Shown here piece by piece: positions 8,180 to 17,500 of a stretch of DNA of 64,000 nucleotides. The stretch lies in IMG/VR virus record IMGVR_UViG_3300050343_000215, positions 1-64,000 of that record; one strand, written 5' to 3'. Each line of letters begins with the position of its first letter. Position 1 is the first letter of the stretch. The translations under genes and the position numbers were made by a program. This DNA comes from a virus. Under the pieces are notes generated by a model, which saw nothing but the letters and a program-made list of their open reading frames with translations, made no database searches and was not told where the DNA came from.

Positions 8180-8346
8180 CAGTTAGTTACTTTACGAAGA
8201 GTGAATGTGCCGTCATTGTTGTTAATCCATTCCACTGTTGTTCCCGGTTCCCAACCAGTTGAGTGAATTAGATCATCTGTAAGGTTGAGAACTGCATCAC
8301 CGTTGTCATCATAGTCAACAGTAAGTGTTGCAATTGCATCAGTCAT
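8179..8346 (-). CDS. AbrB/MazE-like swapped-hairpin small protein
   Basis: LNLTDDLIHSTGWEPGTTVEW...FTLRK pattern. Confidence 0.55.
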   Translation of the reverse strand: MTDAIATLTVDYDDNGDAVLNLTDDLIHSTGWEPGTTVEWINNNDGTFTLRKVTN

Positions 8347-8522
8347 TAGTCGCTTGCTCTCCATCTTGGTAGTGGTTGTGATTTTAAATTCTGGAATTCT
8401 TCTACCAGTGTCAAGATCTTGTATGATGTTTGTTTCGCATTACTTTCACTCCAGTTGTCCTGTTGGTAGACCTTATGCAATTCTTTTGAAATGGCGTTAA
8501 TTACTATGTTGTAGTTCGTCAT
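8346..8522 (-). CDS. Small hypothetical protein (58 aa)
   Basis: MTNYNIVINA...WRASD*; TAATG coupling. Confidence 0.55.
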   Translation of the reverse strand: MTNYNIVINAISKELHKVYQQDNWSESNAKQTSYKILTLVEEFQNLKSQPLPRWRASD

Positions 8523-8558
8523 TTAATGAACATAACTATGACTAATTATAACACTTTT

Positions 8559-9044
8559 TTACACCCAAAGGTGCATTACTAATATTTTTTTAATACCTCT
8601 TGTAACACGCAGACCACAATGAGGATAGTTGAATGAAGATGGAAACATTAAAGTTTTACCTGCCGATGGTGTGATTACACGATCAATAAATTGAGTCTCT
8701 CCTGATTCAAAATCATCATTAAGGTAAGTTATAGTAGATAGCATTCTATGCATGTTACCTTCAGACCTTTCATCAGAATGCCATGAGAAGTAATGATTGT
8801 TATCTTTATACTCTGCTATCTTAGCATCAAATTTATAACCACGATTGAGTTGACGATGAAACTCTTGAGCAACCAATGGATAAAGTTGTTTGGTATATGT
8901 CTGAATAAGTTTGGATGTGTCAGGATAAGAAGGCAACCAAATAACATTACGAGAACTAAACTTCGTCTGTTCTTTCTGATTGCACTGATAGTTAGAATAT
9001 AATTCTAACTCCTCCTTAGTCCAAACATAATCATACAATATCAT
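8559..9044 (-). CDS. 2OG-Fe(II) oxygenase
   Basis: SWHSD, YLNDDFESGETQF, FPSSFNYPHCG. Confidence 0.85.
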   Translation of the reverse strand: MILYDYVWTKEELELYSNYQCNQKEQTKFSSRNVIWLPSYPDTSKLIQTYTKQLYPLVAQEFHRQLNRGYKFDAKIAEYKDNNHYFSWHSDERSEGNMHRMLSTITYLNDDFESGETQFIDRVITPSAGKTLMFPSSFNYPHCGLRVTRGIKKILVMHLWV

Positions 9045-9255
9045 TCTTCTGCTTTCTAATTTTTTCTACTCTACGCCTCATCATCCATGTATCAAATTTA
9101 ATTCTTGGATACAAACGAGCGATTAGTAACCAGCGTCTAACGTTGACCCAACTTTCCTTAAAAATTAAATTAAAGTATGGGGCAGCGGTAGGGTCTGTGT
9201 AAATTAAAAATATGAGAAATGCAAAGATTACTATAGAGAGTTCATAGTATATCAT
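9031..9255 (-). CDS. Small membrane-anchored hypothetical protein
   Basis: Hydrophobic N-terminal helix and a basic tail. Confidence 0.6.
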   Translation of the reverse strand: MIYYELSIVIFAFLIFLIYTDPTAAPYFNLIFKESWVNVRRWLLIARLYPRIKFDTWMMRRRVEKIRKQKNDIV

Positions 9256-9437
9256 TGCTCGCTCAATACCTCCAGGCACATGACCTCAATATCTTTCTCG
9301 CTCTCATAATCTAGGAACCACTCACCAAATTCTTCTACCAGGGCACGAGCATTCTCACTGTCTCCTGCCTCCAGGGCAGCACCAATCAATCCATCAATGT
9401 CACACAGAATGTTTTCTACTTGGTTGAGATCGCTCAT
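9252..9437 (-). CDS. Acidic hypothetical protein
   Basis: Start at MSDLNQ; ATGA overlap with the downstream ORF. Confidence 0.6.
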   Translation of the reverse strand: MSDLNQVENILCDIDGLIGAALEAGDSENARALVEEFGEWFLDYESEKDIEVMCLEVLSEQ

Positions 9438-9479
9438 GAGAAAAAAATGTAGGTAATGGGGGGGTGGAGATAACTCCAA

Positions 9480-9564
9480 AGGAAGATGTGAGATTTGAAC
9501 TCACGGAGGTGTGATCCTCTCCAGTTTTCAAGACTGGTGCAATAAACCGCTCTGCCAACCTTCC
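9480..9564 (-). tRNA. trnS: tRNA-Ser (anticodon TGA)
   Basis: Acceptor GGAAGGT/ATCTTCC, anticodon arm CCAGT-CTTGAAA-ACTGG, long variable arm, T-loop GTTCAAATC; CCA is not encoded. Confidence 0.92.
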
Positions 9565-9567
9565 AGC

Positions 9568-9600
9568 AAAAAAGGGTCCGAAGACCCCTAAATTATAGCA
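9568..9600 (-). terminator. Rho-independent terminator with an overlapping extended -10 promoter for the tRNA
   Basis: GGGTC-TTCG-GACCC-T6; TGC-TATAAT at 9592-9600. Confidence 0.8.
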
Positions 9601-9604
9601 CAGA

Positions 9605-9976
9605 TCAGAAGTTGTACTTCACACCCAATTTTGCTCCATAACCACGGTCAAGATCTTCGTCGCCTGAACCTACGAAGGATACTTCACCATATGCACCGAG
9701 GTTGTCGGTCAAACCGAGACCCAGACCTGCCTTACCTGAAGGGACGGTATCAGCGTCACCACCATCGGGAGTCAGCACGGTAGCACCGCCCTGGACGTAG
9801 TAAGAACCAGCTTCACCAAGAGCACCTTCGTACCCTACGTGAAGGTCTGTTCCAGCGCCGTTATACTCGGATCCAGTCCAGCCAGCATTTGTTTCTACGT
9901 TGACGTAGGGACCAGCGAAAGCAGCACCAGCAGAAGCGAACAGAGCAGCGGTTGCTGCGAATACAGATTTGAACAT
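9605..9976 (-). CDS. Small outer-membrane beta-barrel protein
   Basis: Signal peptide ending AFA, amphipathic beta-strands, C-terminal GVKYNF Bam signal. Confidence 0.75.
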   Translation of the reverse strand: MFKSVFAATAALFASAGAAFAGPYVNVETNAGWTGSEYNGAGTDLHVGYEGALGEAGSYYVQGGATVLTPDGGDADTVPSGKAGLGLGLTDNLGAYGEVSFVGSGDEDLDRGYGAKLGVKYNF

Positions 9977-10052
9977 TTAAATAATTCTCCTTAGTGAGAT
10001 GAGTTGTTTGTAATAAGTCTTAACGTTAGGTCAAGACGTTGTATTTATTGTA

Positions 10053-11156
10053 TCAGAAAGTTTGTGGTGTGTCAACCTTTTCGGTTTCCTCACCAACGCT
10101 AGCGTCAAGTTTGTCATACAGTTCAATGAAAGAAGTTTTAGTTTCCTCATCAAAACGGTTCACACAAACCTCAATAGACTTCATGCGTTTGTTGAAAATA
10201 GCGTAGGCACGGATGATGTGGACCAGGCGACGTGTTGAGATCACTTCATCAATGCCTCCGTCATTGAAGGTCTTACGAATAATATCTGCCCACTGAGCAA
10301 GTTTCTCACAGAACTCACGATCTTCTAGACCAAGTTCATGAGATATACCCTCAAGAATACGTTGCTCAACTTTAGGAGTAGGATATTCCTGCTCAAAGGT
10401 GAGAGCGAAACGCTCAAGGAATGCCTCATTCAGTACATTAGTACCGATGAAACGACCGTCATCAGAACCCTTACCTTTAGTATTGGCAGTGGCGATGACA
10501 TTAAAACCAGCAGCGGGTTTTACATATTGACCAGTCTTCTTGAGGAACACACCTTTACCCTCAAGAATAGATTGTAAGCACATAACTTTGTTGCTGGCAA
10601 GATCAATCTCATCCAACAACAAAATAGCACCACGCTCTAATGCTTCAATCACAGGACCATTATGCCATACGGTGTTACCATTGACCAAACGGAATCCACC
10701 GATCAGATCATCCTCATCAGTCTCAATAGTGAGATTGACACGGATAAGTTCGCGACCAAGTGTAGCACATGCCTGTTCAACACTGAGGGTCTTACCATTA
10801 CCAGACATACCAGTAACGAACACAGGGTAGAAGATCTTAGAGCTTATGATCTTCTTCATATCGGTAAAGTTACCGAATGGAACAAAAGTATCGTCCTTAG
10901 TAGGAACAAGATTTTGAACAACAGACTCAGAAACAGCAGCAGGAGCAGCGTAAGTTTGCTCTAGTTTCTCTTGAACAGAGAGATTCCACTTGCCATAACC
11001 AACCTTATACTGCTCAACGCGCTTCATGATGGTAGGATAGGTAACACCAAACTCAGTAGCGGCGGCACGAACTGCATCACCACTAAACTCATCACCATAG
11101 TGAGTTGAGATGAATGCGGTCAGAGCGTTCATATCAATGTTGATCTTACGTGGCAT
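10053..11156 (-). CDS. cobS: CobS-like / MoxR-family AAA+ ATPase
   Basis: Walker A GMSGNGKT, Walker B LLLDEID, ATANT, NEAFLERF; start at MPRKIN. Confidence 0.9.
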   Translation of the reverse strand: MPRKINIDMNALTAFISTHYGDEFSGDAVRAAATEFGVTYPTIMKRVEQYKVGYGKWNLSVQEKLEQTYAAPAAVSESVVQNLVPTKDDTFVPFGNFTDMKKIISSKIFYPVFVTGMSGNGKTLSVEQACATLGRELIRVNLTIETDEDDLIGGFRLVNGNTVWHNGPVIEALERGAILLLDEIDLASNKVMCLQSILEGKGVFLKKTGQYVKPAAGFNVIATANTKGKGSDDGRFIGTNVLNEAFLERFALTFEQEYPTPKVEQRILEGISHELGLEDREFCEKLAQWADIIRKTFNDGGIDEVISTRRLVHIIRAYAIFNKRMKSIEVCVNRFDEETKTSFIELYDKLDASVGEETEKVDTPQTF

Positions 11157-11184
11157 GTGGTGTGTCTCGGTTGCGAACAATGTT

Positions 11185-11242
11185 AATATACAGTATTTGA
11201 AGGGTCGTGGGCGAGACCCTGTGCCAGTTTACAAACTGTCTA
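11185..11242 (-). promoter_or_regulatory. 22-bp palindrome plus -10 (copy 5)
   Basis: TAGACAGTT-TGTA-AACTGGCAC (11221-11242), 30 nt, then TATATT. Confidence 0.75.
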
Positions 11243-11719
11243 TTGGGAACCGTATTTTACCGCTAGGGTAAATCGGTGTCGGTTTGTGAACGATGTAGCG
11301 CGATGCCTTAAAGTTGCATCAAATTGAACCATTCTGTTTGAATAAGGAAGAACTCCTGTAATTTGATTATCAATTAAGAATTGTGTCTCTCCCTGCATTT
11401 TTAGATTCCATTTTTGATTAGCATAGAATAGAAACGTATAACCTTGCCTACCATCAACATGATAGTCTGGACTCTCACCAGCAGCGAAACAATTTACATA
11501 CATTCTATCAAATGGATGCTCAGTTATATCAACAATCTCGTCAAGTTTATAACGAAACAATTCGTAAATCCAACTTGCCTCCTCAATGGAATGAATCATA
11601 CCAGTAGGTTTTGCACCGGGATGATCAACCTCACCATAAAGATATGGTGCTGTCATGCAGTATCTTACTACATCTTTATAATCAACTTCAGATAAAAAAT
11701 TATCAAATATCTCAATCAT
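11240..11719 (-). CDS. 2OG-Fe(II) oxygenase
   Basis: DYHVD, GETQF, FDATLRHRA...RFTLA; start at MIEIFD. Confidence 0.85.
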   Translation of the reverse strand: MIEIFDNFLSEVDYKDVVRYCMTAPYLYGEVDHPGAKPTGMIHSIEEASWIYELFRYKLDEIVDITEHPFDRMYVNCFAAGESPDYHVDGRQGYTFLFYANQKWNLKMQGETQFLIDNQITGVLPYSNRMVQFDATLRHRATSFTNRHRFTLAVKYGSQ

Positions 11720-11723
11720 AGTT

Positions 11724-12221
11724 TCAGAAATGGATTTCCAGGTCTCCTTTCTTAAACATCTTTGCACCATGTCTCTGTGCCATGGCGAGTAGACGTTCAG
11801 TCTCAGTCTCAGTCACAGTCTCATCAGATCTAGGCACAAGGTCCACAGACAACTGTTCAAAATGCTCATTCAGTGTAGCACTAGACATAGTTTCCTTCTG
11901 TTTCAGGTTCTCTTGACGATTCTTAATGATGTTAGGAAACTGCCTAGCAAAAATATCTGCATTCTTAATGAACTCATCAGGATGATCAGTAAGATATTCA
12001 GAAGCATGTTGCTCTGCACTATGAATTTCATACTCAGTTTTCAAGAATGTCTTTAAGTAGGAACGGAAACCATATGGTTTTTTGACCTGATTATCAGCTT
12101 TCCTTACCGCATGAGATCCCGTAGTAAAGAATTGACGGTTGTCTGTAATCCATAATGCATAGCAGTTGTAAAGTTCACAATAGTTTCTAGCTTCTAAAAG
12201 TTCCCGTTGGTGCATTTTCAT
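11724..12221 (-). CDS. Hypothetical protein
   Basis: 165-aa ORF with its own consensus promoter. Confidence 0.65.
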   Translation of the reverse strand: MKMHQRELLEARNYCELYNCYALWITDNRQFFTTGSHAVRKADNQVKKPYGFRSYLKTFLKTEYEIHSAEQHASEYLTDHPDEFIKNADIFARQFPNIIKNRQENLKQKETMSSATLNEHFEQLSVDLVPRSDETVTETETERLLAMAQRHGAKMFKKGDLEIHF

Positions 12222-12239
12222 GAGTTCATGTGTATAGTA

Positions 12240-12268
12240 ATTATAAAGGCAGATGTCTCATCTGTCAA
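12240..12268 (-). promoter_or_regulatory. Consensus sigma70 promoter
   Basis: TTGACA-N17-TATAAT; a CAGATG/CATCTG inverted repeat spans the -35 end and the spacer. Confidence 0.85.
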
Positions 12269-14415
12269 GAGACAAGTGAAGCAAAGGAGGAGAGAAGTTT
12301 CTTGTTGGTGGTCTTCTTCTTCAAATTGTCACGAAATGCTTTACGAACCTCAGCAACACTGGCATCATCAGCAACATTGAACTCAGTCTCAACATTCATA
12401 CCAGAGGCAGAAATAGCATAGAATGAATCATAACCAGCAACAAAACTCATCTCAATGGATTTGAATTTGCGCCAGTTCTTCATGATATTCTCAGGAAGTT
12501 CCATGTAAGAACGACCATTGCTAACGTAACGATAGAAGCGGGAGAAGTCAGAACCAGAACAAATACGAAATCCTAAGATATTAACATCAGGGTTGCGATC
12601 CTTCAGATTTTGAAGCAGAATAGCGGTCAAAGATTGTTCATAATCACCACCCCATGTAGAGAACTCTTTGTATGTGCGACCAAGTTGACGATCACGTAGA
12701 GTAGCAGATCCAGTGCAACGACGGCGACCAAGACCATTTGCACCATAAGGATATTCATAATGATAGGCAAGATCACAACCTTCTCCATCAGTAAGAATGA
12801 CACAGTTCACCTTTTGAAGTTTATTATCGCTCTTGAACTTAGGGATGATAGTGTTAAGTGCGATGATACTCTCATTCAGAGGTGTGCCAGACAGTCCCAG
12901 ACCAGCAGGAACTCTATACCAGCAAGAATACTTGAAAGTGTAGGTGCAACGGAACAGATTAATACACTGTTCCTCAAACTGCTTAGCATTAGTACGGGAA
13001 CTAAGCACATTCAGCAGAGTAAAGTGCTTATTAACATCAATCGTACCTGCTTTCTTTACTGATTTCTCTGGGAGACCTTCTGTGCTGTCATAATCAGGAT
13101 CAGTGAAAACAGGATGCCACTCATTAGTGAAAGCATAAACCTCAAAGGGGATCTGCACTTTCTTACAGAACCATGTTAGATTTAACAGTTGCTTTACAGT
13201 ATCAAGAATAACATCTCCCATAGAACCAGACCAATCCAGCACGAAAATCATGCCATGATTCTTACCGTCAGGAAGAACAGTTACTTTTTTGAACAGATCT
13301 TCATTGTACTTGTATGTGTGCAACATTTTAGTATTAAGCACACCAGTACGAGATGTTGCTTGACGAGCATAAGCATCAGCAGATTTCTTACACTCAAACT
13401 CCTTTACAAGATAGTTGACTTCTTTTAAAGAAGATTTCTTGTATGTTTTATATGCATTGTCAACCTGCTCAAAAACATCACCCCAGTGCTGCATACGTTC
13501 TTGCTGTGCAGCAGTAAATTTTTTAGTAATATAAGGAGTCAGAACTTTAGAATCAACAATGATATTATCCATATACAACTCAGGCAGTTCTACATACTCA
13601 GTCTGGTTAGCATATTCAGACTGATTAGCAAGATCTTCAGCATTCTCATCAAAAGCACGTTGAGTCATAGACTCATTCTCATCACAAGTATCAGCAGCAC
13701 CATTGCTATAAGAAGGTGTGTCTAAATCAGCACGCTCAGCATCCTGATTAGTCTCTTCACCCTGAACCTCTCCCTGTTGATTCTCTTCCTCTCCCTGTTC
13801 TTCAGTCTCACCCTGCTGTCCCTGCTGTTGTGGGGGCATAGGAGCGGGTGTCTGTTGCTTCTCCTGTTCTTTCAGGTAGTCAACAATATCTTCACAGATA
13901 GCAAGAACTTCTTCAAATGTCTCAGCATCACCTACACGAGCAACAAATTGCTGCTCAATGTCATTGGCGAAAGGAATCATAGCGAAAGCACCAACCTTGA
14001 AGTGAAGGTTGATACGATCAATGAACGACAAATTCTCAGCGTTGATTTCTTGAATCTCAAAGAAGTCCTGATCATTCAGTTCTTCATAACCCTGATAGAA
14101 ACTACGAGAGAGACCAGGAAACTTACGCTTCATAAGTTTCTCAATACGAGCATCCTCAACAACATTCACAAAGTCTTTAGGAACATTGTTACGAACAGAC
14201 TCACGCCAATCAATATCAGGAGTGTATAATGCATGTCCTACCTCATGCCCCACCAGCATATCGTATACGGTCGCTGACGCCTTATCCCAGACAGGTAAGG
14301 TCAGAACACGGCGAAGAGTATCAAATGACGCTGTAGGCACCGTGCGATGCTCAACGATAAGATTCTCGGTGGCGAGCAGTTTGGCGAGATTGCCTTTGAT
14401 CTCCTGATTAATCAT
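12265..14415 (-). CDS. Metallopeptidase-like plus vWA-domain protein (CobT-like partner of the AAA+)
   Basis: HEVGH zincin motif, acidic Gln/Glu linker, MIDAS DWSGSM...GTP...LTDGEG. Confidence 0.85.
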   Translation of the reverse strand: MINQEIKGNLAKLLATENLIVEHRTVPTASFDTLRRVLTLPVWDKASATVYDMLVGHEVGHALYTPDIDWRESVRNNVPKDFVNVVEDARIEKLMKRKFPGLSRSFYQGYEELNDQDFFEIQEINAENLSFIDRINLHFKVGAFAMIPFANDIEQQFVARVGDAETFEEVLAICEDIVDYLKEQEKQQTPAPMPPQQQGQQGETEEQGEEENQQGEVQGEETNQDAERADLDTPSYSNGAADTCDENESMTQRAFDENAEDLANQSEYANQTEYVELPELYMDNIIVDSKVLTPYITKKFTAAQQERMQHWGDVFEQVDNAYKTYKKSSLKEVNYLVKEFECKKSADAYARQATSRTGVLNTKMLHTYKYNEDLFKKVTVLPDGKNHGMIFVLDWSGSMGDVILDTVKQLLNLTWFCKKVQIPFEVYAFTNEWHPVFTDPDYDSTEGLPEKSVKKAGTIDVNKHFTLLNVLSSRTNAKQFEEQCINLFRCTYTFKYSCWYRVPAGLGLSGTPLNESIIALNTIIPKFKSDNKLQKVNCVILTDGEGCDLAYHYEYPYGANGLGRRRCTGSATLRDRQLGRTYKEFSTWGGDYEQSLTAILLQNLKDRNPDVNILGFRICSGSDFSRFYRYVSNGRSYMELPENIMKNWRKFKSIEMSFVAGYDSFYAISASGMNVETEFNVADDASVAEVRKAFRDNLKKKTTNKKLLSSFASLVS

Positions 14416-14436
14416 GCGTTCCTCTCAACTGATACA

Positions 14437-14494
14437 AGTATAGGGGATGACCCAACGAACGGACCACCCCCTGTGACAGTTATTGAATTGGCAC
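14437..14494 (-). promoter_or_regulatory. 22-bp palindrome plus -10 (copy 6)
   Basis: GTGCCAATT-CAAT-AACTGTCAC (14473-14494), 30 nt, then TATACT. Confidence 0.8.
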
Positions 14495-14502
14495 AGGGTG
14501 CC

Positions 14503-17500
14503 TCACATCTTTATAATAAACGTAGTGTTTCTCCATGGTGGTGTAATATCAGAGATACTATGAGTGTGTGATCTATTATCAAGTGTAACCTGACCACCTG
14601 TGCCATGACTATGACCATCTGCTGGACTTTTCAGTCCATAAGCAGTACCTTCACCAGTAGCATTAGGATTATTCCAGGGGTTTGTCACAACACTTTCAGG
14701 GATACTTCCACTACCACTTGCTATGGCATTCGCGACCTCAGAGTAACTAAGGAGTATTCTGTGATCATGAGCGCCACCACCACTTACATGCGGATCCATC
14801 CCCGTAGCCCCGCTAGTTCGGTAAATTCTGTACCTACCACCAGAACCAGAATCTTTACCAGATTCCCAATCATATTGTTCCCCGGACTCATCTGTCCAAA
14901 CAGGCTCTGCATCAGGCCAATAGTTTGTGGAGCCGCCTGTTTCTGAATTAGCAGCTGTAAGGTGATCATCACCGCCAAAGTAGTGATCATGAGCCATTCC
15001 GCTAACTGTGTGTCCGTGGAGTCCGGTGTCTGGCATTGTGTCATAGTCTATTGTGCCGCTCTTTGCAGTAAATGAAGTAACGTCTACTGAACTATGACCA
15101 TGATTCATACCATGTTGATGTTGCGGAAGTTGACCAATGGTTAATGAATGATTAGTAATTGTAAACGCACTCATATTAACTGCAAGTGTTGTTGCGTTAG
15201 TTGCATCACTAGTAGTCTTAGAATGCGAACCACCTAGCATAGAAGTATAATTACCTCCAGCATTATTACCCTTTCCTACAATAAATCTTCCTCTAAAGTC
15301 TGGTGTTGTAAATGATGATCCGTCTCTGCTGGTATATGTGCCACCATCACATAATTTATAACCATTAGGAATACTACTTCCAGCATTTCCACTAGAATCG
15401 TGCCACATAATAACTGCACCAGTAGGAAGAGCATGTTTCATGATTGCACTTCTCATGGTAGAGTTAAACTCATTGCCCTGAGAGGTATAACTTAATGATG
15501 CATCCAGCTCAAACGTACTTGCTTCAACTGTACCCTCAGCTTCTATCTTCTCCAGATTCAATGTTGCAAGAGTTCCTGTTACCTGATTAGTATCAAATCC
15601 ACTAGCATCAGTATAAAGTTTATACTTCATTTCACTGACATCTAGACCCATAAATCCAGATTTTGCAGAACCTGAATAATACTTAAGTTCTAAACCTCTA
15701 TCTTTATTGGCAGCAGAAGCAGCAGCGGCACCATCATCAGTAGTACCACCGAGAGAAATAATAGGATCGTCAAGATCAACAATCGTGCTATTTACATAGG
15801 TTGTAGTACCATTAATTCTCAGATCACCAGTAACTGTAAGGTTATGATTGACAGTTGTTGTGCCTGTGGTGTTACCAATGTTGATGAGAGTAGCGCCAGT
15901 AAACGCATTCATTGTTGCAGAACTAAAGTTGACTGTAGAAGGAATTGTCAAGAAGTTAGTTACGTCTGCAATCGTAGTGATTGTGGCAGTTTTAGAACCG
16001 GTAGTACCAGTGTCATACTTACCATGCATCTCAACATCACCCATGATACGAGTAGTATCACTAGCAATGACTGCAACAGAATTACCACCTTGAGTTCCTG
16101 CACCTAAAGATGCATTAGAGGCAGCAACATTCATTAGTGTTGCATTAGTAGAAAAATTAACTTCAGTAGAAGTAGTAGTATAGTTAAATGTAGTAGCAGT
16201 AGAGGTAAGATCACCACCATTGATTGCTACATCTTCGGTCACAGTCAAGTTGTTATCAAACAGAACATCACCCGTACCAACATGAAGTGATGCGGTAGGT
16301 GCTGTCTGGTTAATACCAAACTTACCAGTAACTTCATAAGGTTCTGGCAAATTACTAGAGAAATTAGGTGCCTGAACATGTGATTCTTCAATAGATGTGA
16401 GGTGTCCAGTACCAATCAATCCGATAGATCTGTAATCACCGACAAGACTTAATGGCGGAGCAGTTTCAGATGAATCACCACCAACAAAAATATATCCCTC
16501 ATGTCTACTTGTACGGTTAATTACTGGTTTATATCTCTTATCGCCAGGAAACTCACCTTCAACACCAGGAGTAGGTTTAGTGTTACCAACACTTAATGCA
16601 ATTTGTTTATTAGTATAATTGGCAAATTCTCCTGCTACGTTAGATACCTTTTGTCTGAAACAAATATCATGACTAATTAACGCTCTATTACTATCTTCCT
16701 CATTAGAGACTTGAGCACCTTCAGTAAATTTAGACAAGTTATTGAAGTTATTTGGAAGTGCGTTTCCTACACCACCATCAGTAGCAAGATTACCTTCAAT
16801 ATAAACGTTCTTAGAACCCGCAACATATGGGACATATTCTTCATTAACAGCAACAGCAGTTCCTGCAACTCTTAGAATTGGTTTATCAAGAATCTCAACT
16901 TCACCAGTAATAGCGTTAATCTTCTGATTACCAACATACAGATCGCCATATGCGTTCAGACCAGAGTAGAATACAACACCAGCACGGCGGCGTTGTGACT
17001 GAGAATAAAGAACTTCTTTATCGGTAAGAACAATTTCCTGCTTAGATGGGAAACCAGTTGAGTAGTTACCTGAACCAAAACCAGTATATTCAAACGTCTG
17101 GTTACCAGCACGAACCTGTGATGTTCTTCTGAGTTCAACATTGATATCAGGAATATTTGCATTAAATGCAATCAATCTATTTTCTTGACCAGAAGTTGCC
17201 TTTCCACTCAAAGAATTTAATGCAGGACTATAACCAGAATCAGCAACCAAGGTGGCAACTGCTTCTTTAGTGATGGAGGATCTATTATCATCCTGGTAAA
17301 CTAAACCATGAACTAAGTTATCAGCAACTGAAACAGCAGCGGCAGGGTCAGCAGCAGGGTTATCTTTATCAAGGTCAGGATAAATCTTAGAAACATCTTG
17401 AGAATACTTCAAGAAATTAAATGTGTTATCCAGAGAATTAAACTGATCTCCTGTAGGAGCAATATCAGCAAGAAGAATAGTCAGATAATAGATACCATCC

